A stretch of DNA of 63,335 nucleotides, filler included. It is 6 parts of 6 records of this genome, joined end to end, with 100 filler letters (N's around TTAATTAATTAA, not from the genome) between each part and the next. Parts side by side here need not be neighbours in the genome. Positions count along the whole stretch, not along the records: positions 1 to 18,676 come from DRR378314_2142; 5 more parts are not named here. The stretch is one strand, 5' to 3'. The notes beneath the pieces were generated by a model. It worked only from the letters and a program-made list of their open reading frames with translations, was not told the DNA's origin and did not search any database. Below are positions 1-15,000 of this stretch, piece after piece. The position numbers and the translations under genes are program-made. Each line of letters starts with the position of its first letter. Within the stretch, counting starts at the first letter, position 1.

Positions 1-30
1 CGCCGCCGCCGCCGCCGCCGCTGCCGCCGC
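1..30. repeat. (GCC)n trinucleotide microsatellite at window start
   Basis: cgccgccgcc... with one CTG interruption; lies 3' of the UBLCP1 stop codon. Confidence 0.85.
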
Positions 31-56
31 TGTCGATCACCCCACCGTGAATGCCG

Positions 57-3000
57 TCAGAGACGCCGCAGCTCCTCCTTCCAGTCCCGCAGTGCGCAGC
101 TCCGCACGTCTTCGGCGCCCTGGATGTGCAAAAGAAAGCGCGACAGCGCCTCCAGTTCGCGGTCCTGCAGCACCGCCGCCCACCGAATGCAGCGTTAGCG
201 CCCGCAGAGCGCGGAGAACGCAGCGTTCACGCGGTCGCGATCGTGCGCGCGGGGGAAGCGCGCCGCGCCGGCGCGACAACGTACGCGCGACGACTGGCTT
301 GCGGAGCGCTTGAACGCTTTCACTTTGACGCCGTTGCGGGGATTCAGAACGAAGTTGCGCGACAGGTCGTCCACCTGCGCGAAGGCGGCAGTCAGCGCGG
401 CAGGGAGAGACGGCGGAGCGTGAGCGCAGCGCTACGAGGGGGGACAGGGGGGGACGAATTCACTCCGCGTAACGTACGTGCACCGTGTTCCTCTCGCCGT
501 ACTGCGGAAACTTCGCCCATAGGAACGACAGCGGTTTCACGTCGTGCTTGACGACGGTTCCGCGAATCTACGCGCAGCAAACACCGGACGCGACGAGGGA
601 AAGTGGGCGTGAGCGCGCGGATCCACTTCGAGCACCGACACGTGCGCGTGATCGAGCGCAGACACGCACACCTTGCTCACCACCGAAAACATCGCACTGC
701 GGTCCACGACAAACGCAACGCGATAGTCAGGATGCGACAGCATCCCCATTTCCGTGACTTTAAGCTCGAGCCAGCGCCAGCTTGTCTGCGAAGCAGCCAG
801 CAGCGGCGCAGACACGAACCGTTTGCAGCAAAGTCACCGAGTGCACGCACAATTCGCTTCGCAAGTGGCACGCTAGCACGCAGACGCGCTTGCAAAGGAA
901 GAGAATGGCGCGTCTATACAGCAGTGGAGTGCTCAGCGCATTCCTCTCGATAGTCGCAGCAATCCGCAGGGACAAGGACACACAATATTAGACTATTCTT
1001 CTCAGTGTAAAAGTGGAGAGTCGCAGCGGTCGCACAGCGCGATTTCCGCAAATATCGAGCACAAGAACGCTTTCTCCGCTCTGTTCTCCTGGTTATCCTT
1101 CATGAAGCGCGCTGAATCAGTGAATTCACGGACCTGAGACCACACGCATATGTCGTAATACGGGTATACAGCGGAGAGAAACTCGTGGAGATACGGCCGG
1201 CACGCGCTCTGAACTCCATCCGCAATGCTCTTGAAGTCGATCAGCGTGTAATCCAGATCGAGCACGAGGAGCTGCACGAGAAACAATCGCCACAAAGACG
1301 CAGTATCGAACGTCATTGGGAATCGATGTTACCCTTTTCCTCATGTACTGCGTAGGTGCGATAAGCTTCACAATCCGCGACATCGGCACTGTGCGATACA
1401 GCCACGAGCGCATCGGTTCCGTTCCACGAACAAACCTTTTTGTTCTCGCGGAGCGGGTTCATTACATGTATCTGGAACAAGAAAGAAAAACACCGCGCCA
1501 CGCGATTCAAGTTGCAGGTTACCCTCTTCACGTATTCTTTTTCTCTGGGCTTGGCAGGTCTGCGAAAGCGCAACTGGGAGTGTGTGGTTCTCGCGCTTGA
1601 CTACCGCGCGGCGGCACAACGCACATCGATCTTCTCGATCCTGCGCTTGATCCGCTGCTGTAGACGGTCCGTAAGGAACTTATTCGCTGCATCTGTACAG
1701 AAAAGAAAAAAGAAAACGCAGAAGGAATTCACCCGAAAACACGAAAGGAAATTCGTAACAAATTACATTTGGCAGTACTTCGTCAATCCGAACACAAACT
1801 TACGGGTCTACTTGACCTGTGACGTCATCACGAGTCAAATGATCGTCACAGTCACCAGAGTGGTTTTATGATGTGAGAACGGCCGAAATCGAGACGCAAA
1901 CGAGCGACAGAGAGGGAGAACAAGCGAGAAGGCGCGACACGGGGCAACACAGCACAGGACTCTCTCTTCAGGTGTGACTCCGAGTAGAGCTTTCCTCGCC
2001 GATGCCGATCACGTTTCGATACATTTCATCGTTGTTTTCTTATGTTGTAGTGCTGTGGGATGTGTGGCGTTACCCTGTGAGGCTTCGTAGTCCCACTCGA
2101 GGTCGTTGATCACGCTGGCGATCTCGCTGTCGCGCCGAAGTGCCTCCTCGTCCACCATATCGCGGTCGGGCGTGCCGATCATCATCACCTGCGACCGCAT
2201 CACAAGCGCACGACAGAACGAAAAACACAAAACAAGTGAACATACTCGCTCGTGCAGACATCGCACCCTGGCGGTGAAGCGGAACGATGAGGGGAAGCAT
2301 GTCCACTACGCGTTTTTGTTGCACAGACCGTGCGCGGTGCTCAGCGTGCGAGAAAACGCAAACGCGCAGCAAGTGTTCGCACGAATACGTTTTCCCTATA
2401 AAAGGATATATGTCGTGCGGAAAGCGCCATATTTGCGGAAGGTTGGCAGAACGAATAAGTAGGAGTGTCTCGTGCTCTTCGCGAAGTAGCGACGCGGTGA
2501 AACGCACCGATTTCGCGCGCTTCACGCCGGCAGAGCGCACGAGCGAGCCGTTTTCGAGCGCGCGTCCCGCGGCAGTTAGTCCCAGAAGTTTCTGTCGACT
2601 CGCCTACAGCACATCATACGCATGCGACAGGAAGCGGATAACGATGGAGATGGCGCACAATGCTGCTCGGGTCGCTCGTTCGTGCTCTCCGGCTTTCGAT
2701 GAAGCGCAAGCTCGGTCCGGCTCTACGTAGCGGGTAAACGCGCGGCGGAGGGCGCAGCGAAGCCTGTCGCGCGCACAAACGGAAACGCATCGTCGAAGAA
2801 TAGTCGCGCTCCATTCATGCTCGCAATATGCGGAACGGTGCGCCTGCGGCTCATTTCTATAGCGCGAGGAAGTGCAGACGAGGGCGCACACGTACCGGAA
2901 CACTCGTCAGCAGCGCGAGCTCCTCCTTCACCTCCTGCACTGTCGTGTCATGATCTACATCGATTTCGAAACTTTCACTTCGCCACTACAGAGCATCAAA

Positions 3001-3695
3001 ATGATATTTGTTTCCCACAGCGAGGCATATCTTGGTTGAGGAGTATGGAGACTCGGTCGTCGCGCAGAGAGTCAGCGTAGCTTGTGCGGCAAGGGCGACC
3101 TTGCTGCACACCGGGAGCGCGTCGCAGCCGCGGCGAACACCGATAGCGAATATGGGAACTACCCAGGAGTACAATCCCATGTACAGAGTCAAACTCGTTC
3201 TTGCCATTCGCTTGCTCTCTCTGGCGACCTGGGAGCTGTGCTGGGCGTTTGCACATTCGCTATCGGTGTGAGTGCCTGCACCGGTCACGCACGGACGTGC
3301 CACCTCTGCGCGGAAGGTCGAGGACTCCGCCCTACGCGCAGAATCAGACCCAAATTCCGTGCGCTAGAAATTTATCCAAACTGCGATAGGGCGATGTACG
3401 CATCTCGACAGGTATCGACGTAGCACCGAACACGGTCATGCGACGACACCCGCGTGCCTGGTGCGCCTTGGAGCTACTACCCGGTAGAGCCATCGCTGCT
3501 GCGCCCGCGTGGAACAACCTTTACAGTGAGTTGGTCTCCGCTCGAAGCGCTGTCGTCCACTGCGTCGTCTCCATCGATTCCCTGGAGCAGAATGAACGAT
3601 AATGTGCATATTATAAACATTGAAAATGCGTTCTGAAGGCTGTGTCGTTGAGGAGAGCGCCAGCGGTACGTGTGCAACGAGGAGGAGTCTGCCAT
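57..3695 (-). CDS. UBLCP1: Ubiquitin-like domain-containing CTD phosphatase 1 (multi-exon; 5' end uncertain)
   Basis: GT-AG exons read manually: ...GDQLTVK (3519-3581) | WRSESFEIDV...LTSVP (2895-2985) | RQKLLGL (UBL domain) | VMMIGTP...DLEWDY | IHVMNPLRENKK | LLVLDLDYTL...RPYLHEFL...ICVWSQ (HAD DxDxT motif) | TSWRWLELK | VKPLSFLWAKF | VDDLSRNFVLNPRNG | DRELEALSRFL...stop at 57-59. The start at 3695 (MADSSS) is tentative. Confidence 0.85.
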
Positions 3696-4440
3696 GCCGT
3701 CTAGCACACTGGACAACGAGAGAGTCTCCCGAAGCCGTGCACGGCGCGCAGAAGCAGAATAACACACATAAAAGCGTGCGCGCATATGCAAATTTCCAAG
3801 CAATTTGCTACATTTCACACGCTATTGATTTCGCGTTCCGTACACTTCTCGCCGGAATCACACCATGGTTCTCCGCAGCCGGCGCACAAGAAAGAGCGCG
3901 TGCGTGCGGCAGCGGCAGCTGAGGCGCGAGCGCGGGAATCGGGAGAGCGTTCCGACCGAGCCACCACGCGAGCGACGGGCGCGCCGAGAGCGCCGCACCG
4001 CACCTCCGCACGCGCGAGCGCTGCACATTGGCCGGCGCTGCTGCTTATCCACCGGCGCGAGGTGAAGAAAAATAGCATTGCATATTGTTTGTATATTATT
4101 TGGGTGGAAGAAAAGATGTCAGAGTGTAGTATGTCTGCTTTGCGACAGGAGCGGTGCGTGGGAAACACGGGGAACTTGTGGAGCCTGTTGCTCGCGAGGA
4201 CCAAGTTCGGGCACGAGGCGCAGCACAGGCGACCAGGTAGCTCGCGCGTACAGCCGCACAACCATTCATCCACACGCTCCCCCCACACAAGCGAGTCGCT
4301 TGTGAGTGTGAGAAGGGGGCACTCTGACGACAGGATACACGGCGGGAAAACGCATGCAGCGTTTTATTTCGGCCAGTGCGGCCACCACGCGGCACAATTC
4401 CTCCCAATGCGGCGTCTGCCGAGGACTCCGCAGTGCTGGT

Positions 4441-7400
4441 TCACGAGCGCGTCGACTTTGCGGCCAGAGGATCAATTGCAACATAGTCATCCGTTGAAAA
4501 TATACCCTGCAAGAACATGGTCGGTTTCGTACCACAATGAGAGCCGTACGGTGCTGTTATGCGGAATTCTATCCCGCGCGAGACCGAGCTTGATTCGGCA
4601 AGGAATGGCGGTGGCACGAGGCAAGTGCGACAGCTCCAACAGCAACGGATTCCTCCATACTTTCGAGCACAAAGATGTGTGAGAACGAAAAGAAAAAAAC
4701 TCGGAGATTTCCGAGTCCCTGCATTCCACCCTTTTGGGCAACACAGTATTATAGCACCTTCGCAGTCGCTGACAATGTACAAACGGTACAACACACGGAG
4801 CTATGCGGCGCTTCCAGCGCGAGGACAGGGACAGCGCGCTTTGACAACGTACCGCACGCTCATCCTTTTCGCAGACAAAGTCGTGGTTCACCATGTCCGA
4901 AAACGCCTTGGCTCCTTCCCCTCCGCTGACTTTCGCACTAAAGCTCGCGAGCTTTGCCAGCGTGTCGTGCTCGCCTCCCGCCCTAATTCCGTTGGAAAAA
5001 AGACGCACAACACACACACGTTTCCCGTCGAGCGACGAACAACGCTCGTCAGCGAGTCGCACGCACGCATTCTTGCGGCCCGCAAGTCGCTGCCGTGTAC
5101 AAGACTCTAAACGCAAATACAGAAATGTCCAAGCTTTAGGTATCCACATTCGGACAGCGCAAGAGAGACTAATCACCGTACCTTCGCTTTATGTCGCGAT
5201 GCGTAGTGTACTTTTTCCGCTTCTTGTCTGCGATGGTCTCATAGTCGGCTCGATCAACTACTTGGTCAATCTGCACGTGACAACAAACAGCGAGTACACT
5301 ACGTTACCTCCCTGCGACGGATACTACAGCTCCGACGCGCAGAGACACGAACAGCAGCCTTCGCATGGCGCGGTGAAAACGATCGGAAAGAAAGAAAAAG
5401 TACTTTTCTCTGTTGCTGTTCTTTTGGTAGCGAAAACCCGTACCGCTTTCTTTCGCAAGTCATCGGATGATTTCTTCCACGACAGGCTCGACGCTTTCTT
5501 CTCGCGCCGTCGCGACGACGAGTGGCCCCGTCGCTCTGCACTCGAAAGAACGCGCTCTCCATCGCCAGCAGCGCTCTCATCCGCATCGCTAGCAGCACGT
5601 TTCGCTCGCCGACTACTCTCTTCCATACCAGATGACCGTTGATGCGCAGACGTGCCGGCGTCACTTCTGCGTGCCTCTGTGTCGCTCTTTCGCTGCCCGT
5701 GCCGTTTCTTGGCCGCTGCGGCTTTCGCGCGCATCCGCTCCTCGAAGGACAGGTCTTCGCCACCGTCAGGCTCATCAGCTTCAGCTGCACCTACATGAAC
5801 CGCAAATCAGAGGAAATTTGACATTTACCGTCATGCACATCATATTACACGCTTCTCCGAAAAGGAGGATGATTTGAGGCGGTGACGAAGGATCGACGTT
5901 GCCGCTGCCGCACATGCACCCAGTGATGTGCATTCATTCGGACAACAAAGGACCTGAATGGAAACAGGACTCACGTTGATCGTGGAAGCTGAAAGTGGGC
6001 GCACAATGAAACTTGCTGAGGGACAGGTATCGCTCGGAGCGCCGCCTGCGATCGTACTTTCGCACCTGCGAAGCAAGCGCTTCACAATTCCCACCGTTCA
6101 AAACAGCAAGCAGCTACAACAACCAAACATATACTCGTTCTCGAGTCCACCGCCACATAGCAAGGTGTAACGTATAGGAGTACAGGGCGGAGCGGTCGCT
6201 GTACGTACGCTGTGGATCAGCTGCACTCTCGCGCGAAGGTGCACCTGTCGTAACCGTTGCAATCGAAGTTTTGAGGGCCTTGAGATTCGACTCCCGATCG
6301 TCGCCGAGCTTTTGCCGATCGCTCTCCGAGTACGCGGCTTCTGAGCTTAGTTTCGGGTCGGCCAGCGCATCGTGTGCCGCTACAATTCCGCGCCGAACTT
6401 TCCCCTTATTCTTCCGCCGCTCGGAGGACACGGCGCTCAAGGCATTTCCGTCACTGTCACTATCGTTGTCGTCACCAAACGAAATCAGGCTCTTATTCGC
6501 GCGCTTCTTCTTCGGCCGCTGAGCGTCAGCTCCCGTTGCATTTTCCATGAGTGAGGAAGCATTCTCATTGTTTTTTAGGGCTGCGAGATCGCGCGGAGCA
6601 ATATCATCAAATGGGTTGAAGAGCACTTCGGTGGAAATGATGCGCGCAGGATACAGCGGCCGATCTTTCTCGTCTGTCTCACAGTCTGCAATCTGCAGGA
6701 GATTGAAAATCGTACTGCAGCACGAGGAACAGGGAACATGCACAGGAAGAAGTGAGAAAGAGTACAAGCAATACACACTGCAGATGCTTCTAGCGGAGCA
6801 CTTTTTGGTGGGCGTTGAAGGTAGACGGAGGAGCTGTGTGCGAGTAGAGAGCAAGTGATACCCAAACAAGCTCAATCACGGGCAGCTCAGCGACGACATC
6901 AAGGGTGAAAAGGAGGGCGACAAACAGCTTCAGTGAGCACTCCGACATACGGCGCCTCGCAGGTCACGTACTTTCCCGTAATCTTCCCAAAGATTGTGTG
7001 CTTGTCATTGAGCCAATCGCATCTGCAGATGCGCGCAATGGACACCAAATGAGGAAGTTGAAACGTCATGCACTGCAACCTAGAGATTTCCACAGCGCAA
7101 ACCTCGATGCGCCACACGCCGTATCCCGCCAAGTTCACTATGTAACCCCTCCGTTCTCCGGAATACAACGATCGAATTCGGGGCATCTGGGAAAGGAATG
7201 AATACGCAGGCAGGAAGGTGGTGCTTTGGGAGGTGACGCGATTCGCGTTTCTGCGCTACACGCTGTGGAGCTTGCGGGAGCGCGAGCAAAGTGCTGTCTG
7301 TGCTGCGGGGCGAGAGCAGCACAGCCCACGTACCGGTCCAGCGTGAAGAAGAACTGCGAGCCGTTTGAATTCGGCTGGTTATTGCGCTGAGCCATTGCCA

Positions 7401-8350
7401 GGATCCCACGGTGCACAAAGCGAAGGCGCGAATGCACCTCGTCCTTGAAGTCGCTCCCGTAGATCGATTCGCCGCCCTCGCCAGTTCCTGCGAAAGAACA
7501 CACGCGCGCAGGTCGCGGAGCGCAGCCACGTCCACCATCAATCCCCTACGCGCGAGAAAGGAGGCCGCCGACCGCCATGGAAAACCGCTACAGCTTTTGC
7601 TTTGCACCAATACATCTGAACTGCACAGTGAATTTGGTTTCCGTTGAGTACGTACCGGTCGGGTCTCCGCCCTGCACGATGAATCCGCTGATAACGCGGT
7701 GGAAGAGTGTGTTGTTGTAGTACCTGAGAGACGAGCGCACACAGAGCGAGAAGAATCAGAGGCGTCGAGCGCGAGGCACAAAGGATGGCCCTGTACGGCG
7801 TATCGCAGTAAGCGAACAGTCTTTCACACTCACGCATTGTATGAGAGGAAGGTGAAGACTGCGCTGGGTCGTCTGTGGTGTGGGCGGGTATAGGCCACGA
7901 GACGCGCGTAACGCGCCGCCGCTTACCCTTCGAGACACAGCTGGACGAAGTTGCGGCAAGCCAGCGGCGCCTCTTTCGACCACAGCTCTACATCAATGTC
8001 GCCTTCCGATGTATGAAGAAGAACCTGGGACAACCGCAGGCCAGATCATCTCTCCCACAAAGGTAAGAATCAAGAAAGGAAACTTGCGGGACTGAAGGCA
8101 GGCGTGGGCAGTACGACACCGCGCGCCGTCAGCAACAGGAGCGAGTCGGAGAGAAAGAAACCGAGGCCACGCGCGAGACATTGACGAGCCGCTTCACCAA
8201 GGACGCGTACTTGAACCGCGCGCATAAGGCAAAGTACATCTCCGGGGCCCACAAGAGCAACACACTATGTATACTCGAGTGCTATACACACTGCCTTTTT
8301 TCGCTTACCTTTCCCCGGGTGGCGGGGGCCGATATGTGCACGCCAGCCAT
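4441..8350 (-). CDS. CWC27: Spliceosome-associated cyclophilin CWC27 (multi-exon)
   Basis: Exons: MAGVHISAPATRGK (ATG 8350) | VLLHTSEGDIDVELWSKEAPLACRNFVQLCLEG | YYNNTLFHRVISGFIVQGGDPTG | TGEGGESIYG...DEVHSRLRFVHRG...NGSQFFFTLDR | CDWLNDKHTIFGK | ...EVLFNPFDDIAPR...KSLISFGD | charged tail | TLAKLASF...NHDF | DDYVAIDPL...stop 4441. Confidence 0.9.
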
Positions 8351-8684
8351 TGCGAGAGAAGCGCAGACGCGCGCTCGCACAGCACGACCGCGCGCGCCTT
8401 GTACGCGCGACGTCAAAATATACTACCACTTTAACGAACAAACCTCGTACACTATGACGGTACTTCATAAATGACGGTATATATTCCCGATCGGTGCTGC
8501 GCCGTGTCGGTCCTTGCTCGAGCGTAGGTAGAGCGCTGCTTCCGCCGCTACTCGGCTCTTTGTCGCCCTTCATGCTTGCGCTTGGCGCTGATTTCGTTAT
8601 TTCGTCGGGGTTTCGTGAGCATTCTTCGATCCAGCGCTGCGTCGCGGCGAGGCTTCTTTCCTTCTCGTTTTGGTGCTCGTAGAA

Positions 8685-10841
8685 ATGGGGCGCGTTGCGG
8701 TCCTGCTCCGCAGCGCGCCTGCTGGAGCAGACCCGTATGCGCAGGTGCGCGCACGAGCTTGCAAATGCAAACCATCGACCCGTTCCCACGCGGCTTGCGC
8801 CTTCTTCCCACTCTCTTCGCGTTTTTCATTTCAACGTATTGCGCGTCACAGTGCAAGACAAGTAGAATGATCGTCGAATGGGCGCTATTTCCAGAAAATT
8901 CAGCTCTGATGACCGTGGTTGTTTTTCGTTGCCGACTCGTTTGGGCGCGCTTGGGATAGGCGATTTCCTGCGCGCTACCTGGACTCCGCGTCGAAAATGT
9001 GCCGGCGCTCTCGATCGGAATCTGTCAAACTGCACGCCGCGACATTCGGAACATCTTGTGCACTGCATCAGAACAGCGGAAAGCGCTTATCTTGACCTCT
9101 TCGAACGCTGCGGATGCAGTGGCGAGTGCCCTCGAGGTGAGCTTCGCACCACTGCGAGCCGAGTCGGTCGGTCCTTCCTGCTCTCGCGCTGCCGTATAGC
9201 CGCCGCTGTCCATCGCGCGCAGGTCCATCGCATCGTGCACCTCACTCATGCAATCTTGACTGACGTGTCTACAAGTTGCTCGCACACGGCGCGCTGCTCT
9301 GCAGGAAGCGGAGCGCTGCGAGCTACGTTCACTCCCTGTGTACACAGGTGCGTCCAGAGGGATCCAGTGAACAGCTCAGCACTTCCCACCCAATTAGATC
9401 ATTGCTGCTATTTCCTTACTGAGCACTCGTGTTGTGCAGCTCCTGATAATATTTTCCGCGTTCTCGCGTTTGTTCGTCTCGCTGTCCTTTTCGGTGCGCA
9501 CTAACGCGCGGTGTTGCCTTCGGGTAAAGCATCGGTACTCGCTCGCTCTCGTGTTCGCGCACTCACGCGCACTGCATCGTGTCCGCCCCGCCTTGAATGA
9601 CAAACGCAGTGGGCGCATCGACTGCAGCACGCATAGCACAAACGCTACCTACGGCAGAGATTCGCGGAAAGACCAGTGGGTCCGCGAGTGCACTCGCGTC
9701 TATTGTCGCTGCTGACTGGGAATCGGTGCGTGCAGCGCAGTCTCGCTCTTTGCTCCACGTTCCGCGGAAAGCCTCATCGCCAGCAATTTCGTTCCCCCTC
9801 CCTTTGGTTCATTTGGTGAGCAAGTTGAAGTGACGCGCGACATGCCATGGTGTGTTTGATGTACAGGGATATCTTTCGCGTGATACGGCGCTGTATTTCC
9901 TCTCCGGCACGTCCAGGCGAGATGAGGTACGTCAGCGACAAATGCAGGCGATCGCTACTGCCCCGCGTTCCAAGGTTTTCAGCACTTTCGCGCGCGAAAT
10001 GGGTACCTGAAAATCTTCAGCAAAGCACTGAGATGAACTTTGTAAGGGTTGCTCAGGCGCGATGATACACTTGTATCCGTGTCCGTGGATTCCTCTTTCC
10101 CGCGTTCACTCCTGCTTGGTCGCGTCTGCGGCGCTGCAATCGTGCGGGCGCGTCTTGCTCTCCGCCAGCTCCCTCGCGCCCTGACGGCGTCCGGCATTCC
10201 ACTGCACGAAATCCAAGTCTACCAATCAAACGCGCGTCCGCCCGTCGATGTAGCTGCGGAGGCCGACGAAGTGTGCGGAAGCGATGACCTTGCAGCCGTT
10301 GGCGTGTTCTCGCCCGCAGGAGTGCCCGCGGCCGCCGCGATCCGGTATCGCCGCGCGCCAAGGTGTGTGTGCGGGGGGGGGAGGGGAAGCGAGTAGAACT
10401 GCATGGCTACTCGTCAGTGTCATATTCATACTCCACAGTGTGCGGTGTTGTGTTGTATGGTAGTGGGGAGCGGTGGGGGGGAAAGTCTGCTGTACTGGCT
10501 TCTTGTACTGGCGACATCCCTGTCGGTCTCGCGCAGAGCAACGTCACCCGCAACGTGCTTTGCAGGACATTTCTCTCGACGCGGTTTCCTGCGTTCGCAG
10601 CGCATCATTTCAGCGAACTATTCGCTTTCCTTCTGCTACAAACACGAGCTTTATTACTTTGAGTGCGCTTCTCTTCGATCGGGCGCTCACCCCTTGCAGG
10701 GCGATCCCGATGATTGCGATCGGAAAGACCTCATCGGCAGCCATATCCGACATCATTCCCGACGCGACAGCGTTCGTCGCAGCAAAACCTGATGCTACAG
10801 CGTTTACCGACGCTCTTTCACGCGCTCTTGAACAAGAATGA
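8685..10841 (+). CDS. UROS: Uroporphyrinogen-III synthase, eukaryotic type (multi-exon)
   Basis: Exons: MGRVAVLLRSAPAGADPYAQ | ...VPALSI...ALILTSSNAADAV | LPVYT | VGASTA...GKTSGSASALA | LYFLSGTSRRDE | LPRAL...EIQVYQS...VFSPAG | IAIGKTSSAAI...AAKPDATAF...stop 10841. Motifs are collinear with animal/fungal UROS (HemD); introns are GT-AG. Confidence 0.85.
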
Positions 10842-10940
10842 AACCCCCACGCCGGGTAACGTGCGAGATGTCCGTGCACGTGTTGCACGTATGAAGCTTT
10901 CACGTCGCTTTCCGAAGAATAGCGAAGTCCAATCACCGTC

Positions 10941-14101
<3,161 letters not shown>

Positions 14102-15000
14102 CTTCTTTATGTAATGATTATTGACTCGCTATTTGCACGTAAGGAAAAGAAACGGAGGGAGAGATCTGTTGTGCGCAGTTTCTCGTGTTCAGTTGTGCTG
14201 CACCTGCGCGCAGCAGTGCCGCAGTGGCCACGAAATCGCAACTACAGATCATTTACCATGTACGGCACATGATGACTGCCGTACGAGCACCCGAACCTCA
14301 CTGCCGAATCCAACTCTGAGCTGAGAGGCGATGGCATGCACATTTCCCTGCACCTACATTGCGAACACGCAGCACGCTGCTGCGCCGGGCTCAAGAGCGT
14401 GCCCTGGTGCACAGCCGTGATTTCGACGGTTTTTCCTGTCACACACATCCGCAAACAACCCAAAGCGAACCAAAGCAAGAGCCGCGACACTCTTTGTGTC
14501 CTCTCTCGATCCCCTCGTGTCCTCTATCCTACCTTCTTTTCTTTTCTCTCTATCCTAACCTTTTCCTTTCTGAAAAGAATTATCTCGCTACGGCAACAGA
14601 CGTAGCTTTCTTGATCTTGAACAGTTGCTCGAGCGTTTCTGCGCACTCTTGCAACATCAGGCCCTCCGCGCCCGTGCTCTGCGAATTCTCCTCTGCCTCT
14701 GCTCGATCTCTCGCTTTCTCTCGCCTCTGAGAAAGCTGCTGTCCCCCTCTTACTTTCACCCGCTCCTTCTCGTTCAGTAGACGGCTTTTGCTGTTTACTG
14801 TATTCTTTTTCTTACACCTTCTCACTACTCCGCTGTCCGTCTCGGACGCGAGGGGATCGATCGCTGCTAGCCTCGGTGCAACCGTGCTCGCATCGCTTTT
14901 GTGCTTCGTGAACGTCTCGCTACGCCCGAGCACGTGCATTCTTCACCGCGACAAACCTTTCACCTCCGCTCAGCATAGCTCAGCTTCACCGTAAGTAGCC

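Noticed and set aside
3786-4682. 298-aa plus-strand ORF and many other long ORFs in the eukaryotic segments
   Set aside because: Arg/Ala-rich shadow frames of GC-rich DNA, antisense to or overlapping spliced genes.
8265-8789. 174-aa minus-strand ORF
   Set aside because: It spans the CWC27/UROS promoter and first exons and has no recognisable motifs; likely spurious.
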